Assembly: GCA_973851085.1 (NCBI GenBank)
Contig: OZ316776.1
Location: 3,472,001 to 3,536,000 of the forward strand
Origin: Ptychomitrium polyphyllum
Taxonomy: Eukaryota
Length of the DNA: 64,000 bases
Direction: 5' to 3'
The notes under the pieces are model-generated. The model saw only the letters and a list, made by a program, of their open reading frames with translations, had not been told where the DNA came from and ran no database searches. Within the stretch, counting starts at the first letter, position 1, and every line of letters starts with the position of its first letter. The position numbers were made by a program, and so were the translations under genes. Shown piece after piece: positions 1 through 11,900 of this stretch.

Positions 1-3000
1 GGCGTCGAGATTCATCTGCACCTTCCACTTCAACTATATGAGTGAAGCACCGGCGAAGAGCAGGCTTCAAATCTTCTTTCCTCTCTGCTGCACCGACAAG
101 CAATACCAAGCCCGGTGTAGGTCCTCTGTTTTGGATTCCAAACTGCACCCTCGGTAAAATTCCACGGTTCAATATCGCAAGACCATGGTTCGCAGGACGT
201 GTGAAAGTTCAATGACATGCTACAACCTAACTGGTCCAGACCTATTAATCTTGACGAAGAGGGTTTTCAACTTAAACTCTACAATTGATCCAAGCTCGCC
301 ATAAGTTCAAACCATAGAACATATTCACAAGTAGGATGCCTTTTGAATGCTCAATCACCCAAAAAAAAGTAACACCGTGCTTAGCATGAATTGGAGTTCA
401 GGGAATAGATTGCAAGCAAAGAGGCTATCGTACCTGTGTTGTGTCCAAATTATGGGCCCATGTCGAATCATTTCCACTTTCAGGAGATGAATTTAAGGAC
501 AGGTTCGAGATGGCTGAGCCATTCTCAAGATCGTAACCTGAACCAAGGTCCTCTTCCTGATCATGTTGCAAGTGAGCATGTATGCCTTCACGCAGTGCAG
601 CACCTATCAGCGATATACTCTTCGGTTGATCCTGCCCTCCACCACCTAAAGACTTCGTTAAAGCCCCAAATCGCCTCAACAATAGCACAGCCGGAGAATA
701 CCTGAAGCCCAGACGGATTCACCAGTCAAAAAATGATTAGGAACGCCCAGATAATGAATTATGAAAAGGCTGTTTTACTAACACAAATGAACATTCACAA
801 TATGTATAAATGGATAAATCTCACCGGCGAGCAGTCTCAAAAGCATCAGATATGGCAGTGGCCGTTTTATGTTCAGTGGCACCAAGGAGATCAAAACAAT
901 TAACTTCTACGACGTGCAGGCCCAACTCTTCAGCTGCCATCTTCGCTACCGTTCGCTTCCCGATTCCTGAACAATTCACACGTGAGTTGATGGAACTAGT
1001 ACAAGCAAGCCTGTGCACTTCGTACACTCACGGCACGACCTACGAATCATCTTAGTCGCATTTTCTGGTTTCGACCTTTGCATCATTCGGGGCAAGTGGA
1101 CAGCAATGAGTGAAGAAATGTAATCTTCCCATAATTACTAGGAGCTAAGCGACTGAGTTATTTTAATTAAATAATCATTTGGCAGATGCCATGCTTATAC
1201 CATTTCGAAAGCTACGTCCAAAAGTAGTACATAACGAACACTTTCTAAATCATAAAATGTTATAGTTTCATGCACTTTCTTTGTCCTTGCCAAGACTTAT
1301 ACCAAAAATCAGAGAGTCCAACCATTTACTTGCAGGAGATTTGCAGATATTCAAATGCATTCGACACTCTAACATTCCACCACAATTCGCCACCGACGGT
1401 GGTCATCCACACAAACAAGTCAGATAAGAGGAGAATTGCACCTATTGGCCCATGAAGTAGTACCGCAGTGCGAAGACTTAACCGAGATGCTTGAGGATGT
1501 ATACAGGGAGCCAACAAAGACGTCAATTTCTGAACCTCAGGTGGAATAGGATACTCGGTTGGACTTGAGAAAGCGGATTGTCTTGGACCCATCCATTGTG
1601 AGATGCCCAGAACCTGGGGTGGTAACTCTGAAGGTTCAGCACCACCTAGTACAAGAGCCGTTTTGTGCCTATTCACAAGTGATGAAAGTGTTGGTGGAGG
1701 CTCGAGTCCCAAGACCTATCAAAACATTCACGTCAGTCTGTGACCTAATTTAGTATGTAATAAAAAGAACCGAAAACAGCGATCAAAATGTACCATGGTA
1801 GCAATCAGTAGGCAATATCATCTGCATGGGAATTAGAAGCGCTCGTCTCATAGATTTCATGCATAGAGGTGGACTTTCCGACATGATCGTCAAGCACATA
1901 GCATAATGTGACCACGACTCTTGTAAAGGAGCTATTGAAGAGACCTTAAAATGTATCAGTTCCTCTCGCTCGGTATACACATCTCCGAACGAAGCATGCA
2001 AGGATGGATGAGGAGGCGGAATCTTTATCGACAAAATATCACCTTCCGCCAACAACCTGTCACCTTCAAAATAATTTGCCAACGCTGTATCAATCCTCGC
2101 CTGCCGATCCTTCTTGGAGGCTGCTAGATAATCTTTCTGTTTACTAAGGTTTCCTGTCAATGCAGGAGTCCGAATGTGTGCAATCCGCATATGAGCAGCA
2201 TACTGCATCACCCCATGCGAAATTCTCTGTACAGCATTATGAGGAAGGCTTTTCGGTATTTTCTCTCCTACAGAAACTTGAAGTGGATAAACCTCTAAAG
2301 TTGGTGCAGTATGAAAGAATTGATCACCACTACCAGGAGAGACAATTTCAGTTCCGTTGCCATCAGAAGATCCCTTTCTAATTAGCGTGTCCAGCCATGC
2401 TACCTGTAAGCCTATATTGAATGCTAAAGGTGGGGACAGGTATGCAACTAGAGGGTCCACGGCTCCTGTCTTCACAGACATCGTGAAAATGGGGAAATAT
2501 GTCAATGTTTCAGCCGCTGTGTGCGGATCTACAGGAAAACTTTTATCCGAGTCACTCTTCGCAGCGGACTGTATTTCTGGAGGGTCAAGGACGATGACTC
2601 GCGCTGGCCTTCCTATATTGGTTATCAAATCTCTGACTAATACCTGCTTGAAAAAATCCACACAAATACTTGTCAAGAGTACACCATGGAGCTAATTTAC
2701 GGACCATGTATTATATATCCTTCACAGCAACATATAGCATACTTTGCCTGGATAATATGCTCCAAATCCACTGACTGTTTCAGCGCCATGAGAATTATAG
2801 ATGTTGAAGGCCGAGACGCAAAAAATAGTTTCGTTCAGGCATCCAGTGCGACTAACACTTGCAATCATGATTACTGTCAGGACGCAACATTCGGAAACCC
2901 TAAACCTTGAACCCTGACGACAAACAGCTCATCAGCAATGAGCAACGATGGCCTGATTCTAGTTATACAAACCACCAAATCGACTAACAATTCACCCGAT

Positions 3001-3450
3001 CTATCATGCCTACAAGAATTATCAGTTACAATTTCAATCAATTCAGAAATAATTACAGTTGAAAACACCATCAAGTCAGGTTAGGGAGAAACATACCCAC
3101 GATCCTGACGAAAGAGTGAGATTCCGCAGAGCCGACACAGACAACCCCAACATACTGGCCTCATCCCATGACGCAATTCTCAACACATCACCAGCATTGG
3201 CGACCTTCGCATCTTTCTTCGTCTCATTGCTTTCCAACATCCCTCGCATTCCATTCCTCGGGAAGAAAAGCAACCCAGGCTTATATCGCACAGCGACTCT
3301 CGACGCAAATCGTTCCACGCTAGCTCTAGACTGAACCTCATGCGCAGAGCCTCCTCGCTCATTCTCCTCTAGCCCCGCAAGGACAGCGTCCGCAGTCCCC
3401 TGCAACACAAGAGGCTTCCGCCCCCGCCCCCGCCCCCGCGCCCGCGCCAT
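1..3450 (-). CDS. PEX6: Peroxisome biogenesis AAA ATPase PEX6, multi-exon, 3' part runs off the window start
   Basis: ATG at 3450 (MARARGRGRGRKPLVL). Exon peptides LGLSVSALRNLTLSSGSW, VAYLSPPLAFNIGL, YAAHMRIAHIRTP, RQARIDTALANYFEGDRLLAEGDI and LAPCIHPQ..LRTAVLLHGPIG|IGKRTVAKMAAEELGLHVVEVNCFDL (first AAA Walker A split by an intron) resemble plant PEX6. GT-AG junctions flank the ORF pieces. Confidence 0.9.
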
Positions 3451-3635
3451 AACCCAACCCCCAACTTCTCCCAAAACACTTCACTTCATTGAACTCCACA
3501 CTCCTTCAATTCCACAAACTCTAAACCCATCACGACTCCCACAACAACATCCCGTCCCACGCAGCGGAGCAAAACTCCCCCTTCCTTAGTCCAGCTCCCG
3601 CTCTCCAAGCCCATCTCTCACACTCCACAACCAAC

Positions 3636-3702
3636 TCCTCACTCCTCACTCCTCACTCCATGTTCTCTCATGTCCTTCCATGTCCTTCCATGTCCTTCCA
3701 TG
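3636..3702. repeat. Short tandem repeats in the PEX6 5' region: (CTCCTCA)x3 and (TGTCCTTCCA)x3
   Basis: Read directly at 3636-3658 and 3671-3700. Confidence 0.8.
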
Positions 3703-5170
3703 TTTTTCACTCTCCCTATGGACACAATCGCACCATCAGTCTCTCACAACACTTCATGAGACGAAAATCCAGCACAGCAACACACGGCAAAACTGGAGGC
3801 AAAACCTGCACAAACGCACCAAAAACCGCAGCTTGACAACTTTTTGATGAGTTTCAAGAACCGACGAGTAGTTTCACAAAAGAAAAGACTGAATAACTTG
3901 GAATGGCATGATCTCTCAACTCACCGATCATTCAATATTTGCGACCAAGCGCTCTCCGCGGCATCGAATTCTGCCATCGTCGGCGTCGTATCCAGAAAAA
4001 TTTCGTCAATGCATACGATGTATTCGTATCGACTCCGTATGTCGTCGTATGACGCAGAACCCGCAGTGTTTGGCCAAAAACGATATGGATGGATGAAGTC
4101 CGCGAGAATGTAGACCTTCATTTATTAATAAGCGGATGAATGAAGTCATGGTTCTCCTAAGTTCCCACGTTCTAGAAAGACGTCATCTGAGCGTGGTCCT
4201 CAGGAAATGTGGGTTCCCATGACGCATGTACCTCTGACTGTGAATAGAATATCCACAAGGCGAGTCCGCTCTGCGCTCCCATTTTATCGTTTCGTGCTTG
4301 CCGTGAGCTAGTGTTTTAATGCGGTGCCGGCTCGCCTCGGGCGCAATCCGGTTTCGCATTCACGTTCTTCTGTAGAGGTGGAGTTGTCTTCTTCTCTTTC
4401 CTGCTTTAGTTTTCATGTGATTTGGTGGAGTATGGCATCAGAAACGGTGATTTCCCTGAGAGTCTGGTGATGTTTCTGCACTGGGAGAGTTTTGTGTGTG
4501 TGGCCAATGGTTGTGGCGTGTGAGCGAAGTTACTGGCGAGGTGGTTACTGGGCGTAATGCCAGGTTGGTTTATTGAATAACAAGCGACCATTGTTGTACT
4601 TTGGGTTGGTCTAGGGGCTTGAAGGGGGCAGCAGGGTTATCCCGTATAGTTGTCACCAACGAATACGCTGCTGTACTGCCTGAAAAACATTATGAGGTGT
4701 TCTAGGATCGAGATAAGAGGTGGACGTTGTTTTTTTATTTCTTGGATTTTTGGATACGGTCTTGGTTATGGTGTATTTTTTTTGACGTCGGATGTCTGTT
4801 GTTGTGAGAGAGCTGATTCTGAAATAGGGATTTTGATGTGCAGTTAGTTGTTAGCATTGTGTTTTGGGGAATGTGGCATCTTGCTGTGGTCACATGCAAT
4901 CAAACGGAGGTGTGCAGAGCTGTGTCTATCAGTTTCTGTGAGAATACCTTTAACTTGGGTGTGGTTTCAGTGAGAATATCTCAACCCTGACCTCCGAGGG
5001 ATACATGCTTAAATTTTTGGTCTTGGCAGCTACCAGGTTTTATTGGTCAGTGTGTTTTATGATTATCACATTTTGATTGCAGAAAGTAAGAAGGATAGCA
5101 TATGCTGTGACAAGAGTTCTGAAATATACCTTCAAGTGCACACGAACGTACACTTTTTTTATTTTTCAAG

Positions 5171-5857
5171 ATGACGGCGGTCGAGGAGGTGAAGAAATAC
5201 CGCATGTTCATTGCTAGCAAATCGGTAGAAGGAGACTGAAAATACTTGGATGTCACCCACAAATACACAAGCTGATACTATCACTTCATGACTCAAAAAT
5301 TAAATTCGATCATTCAGATAGTGTCGGCTAACCTTCTTAAGAATCGCTTTCCGGTCATATGCGCCCGAAGGCCGCCATAGCAGGGGCTGCAGCAACTGCT
5401 GCGTCAATTGCTTCATCTACATCATCATGTGTTGCGAGTTGCACTTTCGCACCTGCACCACAACACGTGTCGTACTTGTGAATAAATCGCATGAAAGAGG
5501 TGACCGAAACTGCAAACTCAACCAGCAGTAAGAATGTTAACGTAAGAACAAAACTTCCTTACGTCGAACCTATAAACACATCCTACTGCATCACATTCAT
5601 GCAATTCTTGACTCTACAATGATCAAAAAATTTCCTGATCTGGTAGGATTTGAAATCTAATCGAATCATTCATCTCGCTCTCACTACTGATACGTGTGCA
5701 TTGATACATAATATGCTTTTATGAAACTCCAAACGGTGAACGGGGGTTATCGCAGGGAATTGTGAAGGAGTTTCCATTCGGCCTGTTTCCATTGTTAGCC
5801 CATGGAATTTTCCGCTTAACCTTGTAGCACAGAAGGTGACACCAACGATAGCAGTAC
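5171..5857 (+). pseudogene. ALDH21: ALDH21-family aldehyde (succinic semialdehyde) dehydrogenase pseudogene with internal inversion
   Basis: Plus strand 5171-5272 reads MTAVEEVKKYRMFIASKSVEGD*KYLDVTHKYT (TGA at 5237). Minus strand 5452-5333 reads AKVQLATHDDVDEAIDAAVAAAPAMAAFG/AYDRKAILKK (frameshifted). Plus strand ~5755-5857 reads GIVKEFP/PVSIVSPWNFPLNLVAQKVTPTIAV (ALDH PWNFP motif, frameshifted). The pieces match consecutive parts of moss ALDH21 as I recall it. Confidence 0.85.
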
Positions 5858-5958
5858 GGTACCTATTCCTCCCACGGTGTAATTTTGAATTGAATTGTGG
5901 GAACATCATAGGGGTAGGAGACATCAATTTGCCCATTCCTTAGCACGGAACTTCAGGA

Positions 5959-6567
5959 ATGTGGATGGAAGCACTTGACCTCGCGCTACAGTAGCTGGCA
6001 AAAGCTAATTTTCCTTTTGACAAGGTTCGTGTCATCTCTGGCAGCGGCCAACAGCACGGACGAGTGTACTGGGCGAGAGGGGCACGTAATTCACACCTTG
6101 ACAGCTTAGATCCTTTCAAGGCACTCGTAACGCAACTCCAGAAAACGTTCACTATCAAGGATTCTCCTGTGTGGACGGATAGAACCACATCGGCACAATT
6201 CTCTGCAATCGAGAAAGCTCTGGGTGGTGCCACAAAACTTGCTGCATTGACATGATATACATGGTTTCGCCATTGATCACAGTGATGGTGCTGGTATAAC
6301 ACTCATGGACCTTCACAACCGTACTTGGTCTCCGGGTGCATTGAGAGTGAGTCCGCCACCCTCTATGCTGGTGTGGTTTGTTGGGATTCTAACCGTATTA
6401 TCAGTGTGTATTTCGAGTTGGAATCGAGCAGGAATCTTGTACAATCGTTTCTTTCAAGGATGCGCTCCATGGTATGACAGGCAACATGACCAGGGCATTT
6501 GGATCAGCTGGGACCATTGGCTGCCCCGCATGCAGTTGCAAGAAATTTGCATGCTTACTTTGTGACG
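5959..6567 (+). pseudogene. Xylulose kinase (FGGY family, XK-2-like) pseudogene fragment
   Basis: MWMEALDLALQ*LAKANFPFDKVRVISGSGQQHGRVYW...DSPVWTDRTTSAQFSAIEKALGGATKLAALT* with stops at 5992-5994 and 6253-6255. Then AIDHSDGAGITLMDLHNRTWSPGAL and LDQLGPLAAPHAVARNLHAYFVT|gtaag. SGSGQQHG is the xylulokinase motif. An internal segment and both termini are missing. Confidence 0.85.
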
Positions 6568-7258
6568 GTAAGAATATTTCAATATGATTGCTGTAAAGTT
6601 CTAGTTATTTGTTTAGATTTTCTGGTGCCAGAATGGTAGGGCATGTCCATTCCTGTAATTTGTTGGTCTTTCTTCGAAATTGCTTTGATCACATATCAAC
6701 AATCGAAGAAGCACATTCCATGAATAATACATATTTATTCACCTTCTTGGCTTCTTCTATTAAATTGTGTTCTTTCATTACGCGTCCTTATTCTATAAAC
6801 CCGTTGTGTATATACAATGATATCACCTTCTTTCTACATTTAATACTTACAATGTTGTTCACGTTATATGCCTCTCCATACATTGTGTTGTGCATGTCAC
6901 TCCATCAGAATGAGATAATGGTTTCAAATTTTGGGCATCATTGTCATTCAACTAATGACTATGATGCCCAAATTTTAAAGCCATAACTCCATGGGATGAG
7001 GTATCGTCCATGCATTTGGTGATGTACAATTCACTAATAAGTTATGATTTCCTGAAAACCCTGTTCTATCTCAAGAGTATATGTTCTGTAGTGACTTAGA
7101 AATCTGTCACCACATCCTGAAAGGAACTTCGGTGCCCTCTACCATAATCATAGAACCTTTGTACATTAGAAGGACGTGTTCATATTTGCTTGTGCTAATT
7201 TATTGATGGGATGATGCAGAAGAGACTGAATTTTGGAACAGGTACTAGATGAATGTAG

Positions 7259-7538
7259 GAGAAACGAAGCGGGATGCATCTCGGGCTCTCCAGTGCTGTT
7301 TGACCTTTCAGGAGAGCTTCTACTGTCAACAGCCAATGTGGGCAGTATAGACGACCTTCTTCGTTTTGCAACCCCACCAGAAGAACAGCAGAGTTAGAGC
7401 TCCACCGTTTTGCACAGTAGGCATAAATGGCAGGCATCTAATGAGGATGACAACTGTGGCAGCAGAATTATCCGAATGGTGTATACAACTAGGTGTAATG
7501 CAGAGCCTGAAGAGACAGGTCCTGGTGACTGGAAGTAA
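7259..7538 (+). pseudogene. Frameshifted terminal-exon relic of an unidentified gene
   Basis: After a tgtag acceptor: RNEAGCISGSPVLFDLSGELLLSTANVGSIDDLLRFATPPEE / AELELHRFA / HKWQASNEDDNCGSRIIRMVYTTRCNAEPEETGPGDWK*. Protein-like only if two frameshifts are allowed. Confidence 0.4.
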
Positions 7539-8081
7539 TGATTTCAATACCACTAGCGAAAGCAAGGAGTTTAGGCTAGATCTTTTTGTTGTAGGCTCTG
7601 TCGTACTTGTATACATTCCACAAATCTTTGCATATGTTTATTGATATCATATGATCTTTGCATATGTTTAGTTCTGCAATCTCGTCTGAATTAGGGAATT
7701 TTTTCTTTCACCTCGCTGTTGAGAGGAGCTAATTCAACGTGAAGAGGCTTGATCAGAGTCTTGGACTAGACTAGAATGTTGTAATATTTAATGCAATGAA
7801 CATAATGCTTTCAGGCTAAACTAATGGAAGGACGGACAATTGCTTAGTACGCATTCTTAGTATTTTTTTTTATAAAGATCTTGTTGTAATATATCATCAT
7901 TTTGTAAATTGACTAAGTTGCTATTGTGATGATCATTCCTTAATATACCTTAATATTATGATGAATTAGTATAGCTTAACAGAATAGTAGACTGAGTACA
8001 CTTTTGAACTTGATTTCATGACAAAATTTGGCCATTGAGGACATGACCAAAACTAATACTTGGATGGTTTTCAAAAAGAGG

Positions 8082-8160
8082 TGTTAGGAATATAAGTCAT
8101 AAATTCGAATGTTAGGAGTATAAGCATGGAAAAGTAGGAGTACAAGTCATAAATTCGAAT
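8082..8160. repeat. Imperfect ~26-bp direct repeat TAGGA(A/G)TA(T/C)AAGTCATAAATTCGAAT, two copies plus one partial
   Basis: Copies at 8085-8110 and 8135-8160; partial GTTAGGAGTATAAG at 8111-8124. Confidence 0.75.
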
Positions 8161-8922
8161 TATTTACAACATCACTAGATGTTTATAGGTATGGAATTAC
8201 TTGTCTGAACAAGGGATCCTTACCCTGCAATTGGAATGGAACTCCGCAAGCTCACTCCAGTGACTATTGGACTGCTCGATCCGATCGATAAGATCTACAC
8301 TAGAGTTATCGCCGCTCTCCGTCTTGATTCCCATGAAGCTCACTAGCGGGTGAAAGAGGAGGATGGTGCACGCTCGGTCTCACTGGCTGCTAGGCATCCT
8401 GATACACTCATCCAAGAAGAGAACACTTCTTTCAAGAGGCAGACGCATGAGTTTGTGCTTGCCATAGGGGACTAAGTAAGTTCATTGTCTCGGTGCTGGA
8501 ACTGATCTCTCGTCACTCTCGGATCAAGCTGAGGTTTTGAAGTTAACAGGGTTCCTGATAATCGTCACAAACTACACAAGCCAACACGTCTAGCAGTAAC
8601 GGAGACGCTCAGTTGCACTGCACAGTCCTTGGAAAGCACTAGTACGTGTAAGGTTCACACCAGCGACAAGCGGAGGGGTCTGAAAGCATCAGGGCGACTA
8701 GACAGAAGAGAAAGAGTTCTTGCAAAACAAACAGTGCCTTAACTCACTTCTCAAATCGATTGCGGCAATCACGGTTGAAGCGGTCCATGAATGCCGCAAG
8801 GTGCATGAGAAACCTATGGCAACGCTGGCGCTGTTATAACTCCTCACATGAGCATTTACAAACCAAAAACCTTCGTGAAGTAGTTCCCGGAATGCGGAGG
8901 CAGTCAGGTTCTGACAATCAGG

Positions 8923-11900
8923 TCATTGAAGATTCACTGTAGACGTCGGGACAGAGTCTCTACCTGCTTGTTCTGGAGGAGCGCCAAGACCAGTTGCCTC
9001 TTGAGAAATTGGAAATCTTAAAAATTCTATTTTTTAGTATTTAGAACTCGTGACATGCTAGATACTTCCACATCCGTTTGTTGTCCTGACTGATTTTTTT
9101 GGATAACTTTGTCGTACAACTACAGTACCACTAGACTGCTACCGTCCGATTTGTGGTCGCTACCGCAGACATCCTGTTCTCCAATTGACTGATTGCACAC
9201 AGATCGTGCATCTCCCAGACCTTCCGAATGGTTGTCGGGTACAACTTTCACGTACTTTGAACAAACAGAGTTCCAAAGACATGTCCAGGTGTACGGGAAG
9301 GACCAGTATGTAAAAACTTTAGCGTTTTGAAGATGGGTTACGCGATGTTAGAATGATCATTTGTCCAAGCAAAATTCAAAAGCTTCAACTCTTACACTGT
9401 TTTAAGATATTTTCGCGGCAGGCTGCACAAACTCTTCTGATCTTAACCTGCTACTGGTGAACTGTGATACCGAACCACTGAAACAAATTTCTTTGTAACT
9501 GGACTCGTAACAATCATCTGTCTTTAGATCGCTCTGAAAGATAGTGTCGTGCATGGGGTACACTACGGCAATTAGAGGGTGCATGTTACCTCCGAGTCGC
9601 AAAGCGAGGTGGTAGCATGCACCTTCCACATGCCGTTTTGCACCCCGTGCAATACACTATCTAGCATAACAATAATGTCATTTAAAGGAAAGTTTGACCA
9701 TGAGAAGTACACTCGAGAGGGTGGAGACTTGAGTGAAAAAGGAAAGTACTGCTGAGTTAGAACTGACTAAGCCTACCCTACATTAAAAAAAAATAGTACG
9801 TCTCAGGATCTTTCCTGAGAAAAGAATGCATTAAAGGATTCTAATAGTTCCACATTTCTTTGTGAGTGGCAGTAGGTTTAGGTAGACACCTAGAGTGACT
9901 GGAATGAACAATTCTTGCAGAATCTATGGCCCAACTAGAAACACACCCCAAATGCATTTCAGAAAATATTGTCCATTTCAGAACACAACCTACTTAGGTG
10001 CTTATACCTTGCTACACAGGATAACCCTATTCAGAGAAATCGCTGAAGAGGAAGCCGCACATTATTGAACTTGCTGGAACGGTAAGCAGAGAATGCTCTC
10101 TACGTAGTCGTTGCACAAGTGGACTATTATAGAAGGTAGGCTTCATACTTCAGTTGCAGCAGGTCCCAACTCCAACGCCCATACAACCAACATAGTACCA
10201 GGTAAATACTGTTTGGTACCTTCTCTAAAAACATCCCATAGCTACCGAACTTCGTTACTAGCATTCTTCTGAGATGACTTGGATACCACCTTACCACCAC
10301 CCCGGGGCGGCATTATACATGACACACTTCTCATGAAGCCCCTTGCTCCCAAATCCCTCTGGATGTCTGTCAGACGTGGTATAATTTCAGCAAAACTTGG
10401 TCTTCCAGACGGTGTTTTCGACCAGCATTGTTCAATCAGCCTATCAGAGAATCAGGAAAGTTATGAATATCAGAACTATGATACGACACAACATAACATA
10501 TTAGAATGTGCAGCATTCTAGGAAACTGATTCAAGCTGGACGCGTATACATGCGAGTGATACATACTCTTTGAGGCCATTAGGGTAACGCCGAGCATGGT
10601 GTCTGAAAGGTGGTCGCCGACCTTCGTTGGCATATAACTTTGCCACCTCTTCAGGAGTTTGCGTGAAGTTGAATGGCGGGGATCCCTCCATCATCTATGC
10701 ATAATAGAGGGAGTGAATTCAAGATGCGTATCTTGGGCAAGAATATCAAACAGTCGTTAAAATTAACTGGTGGAGAAAGCAGGAATGAGAGTTAAAGCTA
10801 GACTGTCTAGCTCTACACATCTAATCCATTGCATGATGTTGGATACATAAGCTTGAGATAGTGACAAAAGAAACTAGCAGTATCAGAATATGGAAGCTAC
10901 CTCTTGAACTATAAGGGCAAACGAAAACACGTCCACACTTCTATCATAATCCGGATCATTTCGATAAAGCTCCGGAGCCATATATCGACCTTTATAAATA
11001 ACAACAGACAGTTACAAAAATTGGTCAATAGTACTGGATAAACAATGGGGCATAGAACATCAGCTATAATGAAAAGTTAAACTTCGAAACACATTCAAAG
11101 TTTTCCCTTTGAACATAGATCCTAAATAAGGCAGATCCAAAACAAAAATGCAAATTTAAATGGTTCTACTGGCTTCTGAAACAAGCAACTTGCAAAGTGG
11201 TGGAGTATTTACATGAGGAGCCTTTGTGAGGTTTCCGGACAGATTCGTTCATCGACCGAGCACTGCCAGTATTTTCTGAGGCAGAGTCGTACTTCGGAAG
11301 GCTAAGCCCAAAATCGGCCACTTTCAAATGTTTGGCGTCCCTCAGTAAGTTGCTGGAGCTCTCTACGGCATCGCCCCACTTGTCAGAAGCAATTTTATTT
11401 CTTCCCACATACAGAATAAAATACCCACTGCTAAACAATTTCAGGCATGACTACCATAAAAGTCAACATAAAGATGCATCCATCAAGCTACAAACAAGGG
11501 TCCACAATGAGAGACATTGAAGCTGACCTGGGCTTAAGATCACGGTGGATTATTGGATCAGGCTTGTGTTCATGCAAATAATTCATTCCCCTGTTGTCAC
11601 AAGATATATGAGGAAAATCACTGCCATGGTATTTGTCATAACATACGAAACACAAAAGTTTCAGATGAAAGTAAGCTGATTGTGTACTGCAGATTGAAGG
11701 TATCTGAAAGGAGAAAAAAACAATGCAAAAATATGGAAAAAGTAGGTACCTGGCAATGTCAAGCGCATATGACACAGCTCTTTCTGGATCCAAACGTTTT
11801 TTATCCTTAAGATAGTTGCCCAAGTCCATCTGCCAAAATGAACAGCACTTTCAGAGATGATGCCATATTTTGACACGAATATCCTCAAAAATCAAGAAAA

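Noticed and set aside
9801..9820. 8-bp stem hairpin TCTCAGGA-TCTT-TCCTGAGA as a terminator or ncRNA
   Set aside because: Too short, probably intronic, and expected by chance in 64 kb.
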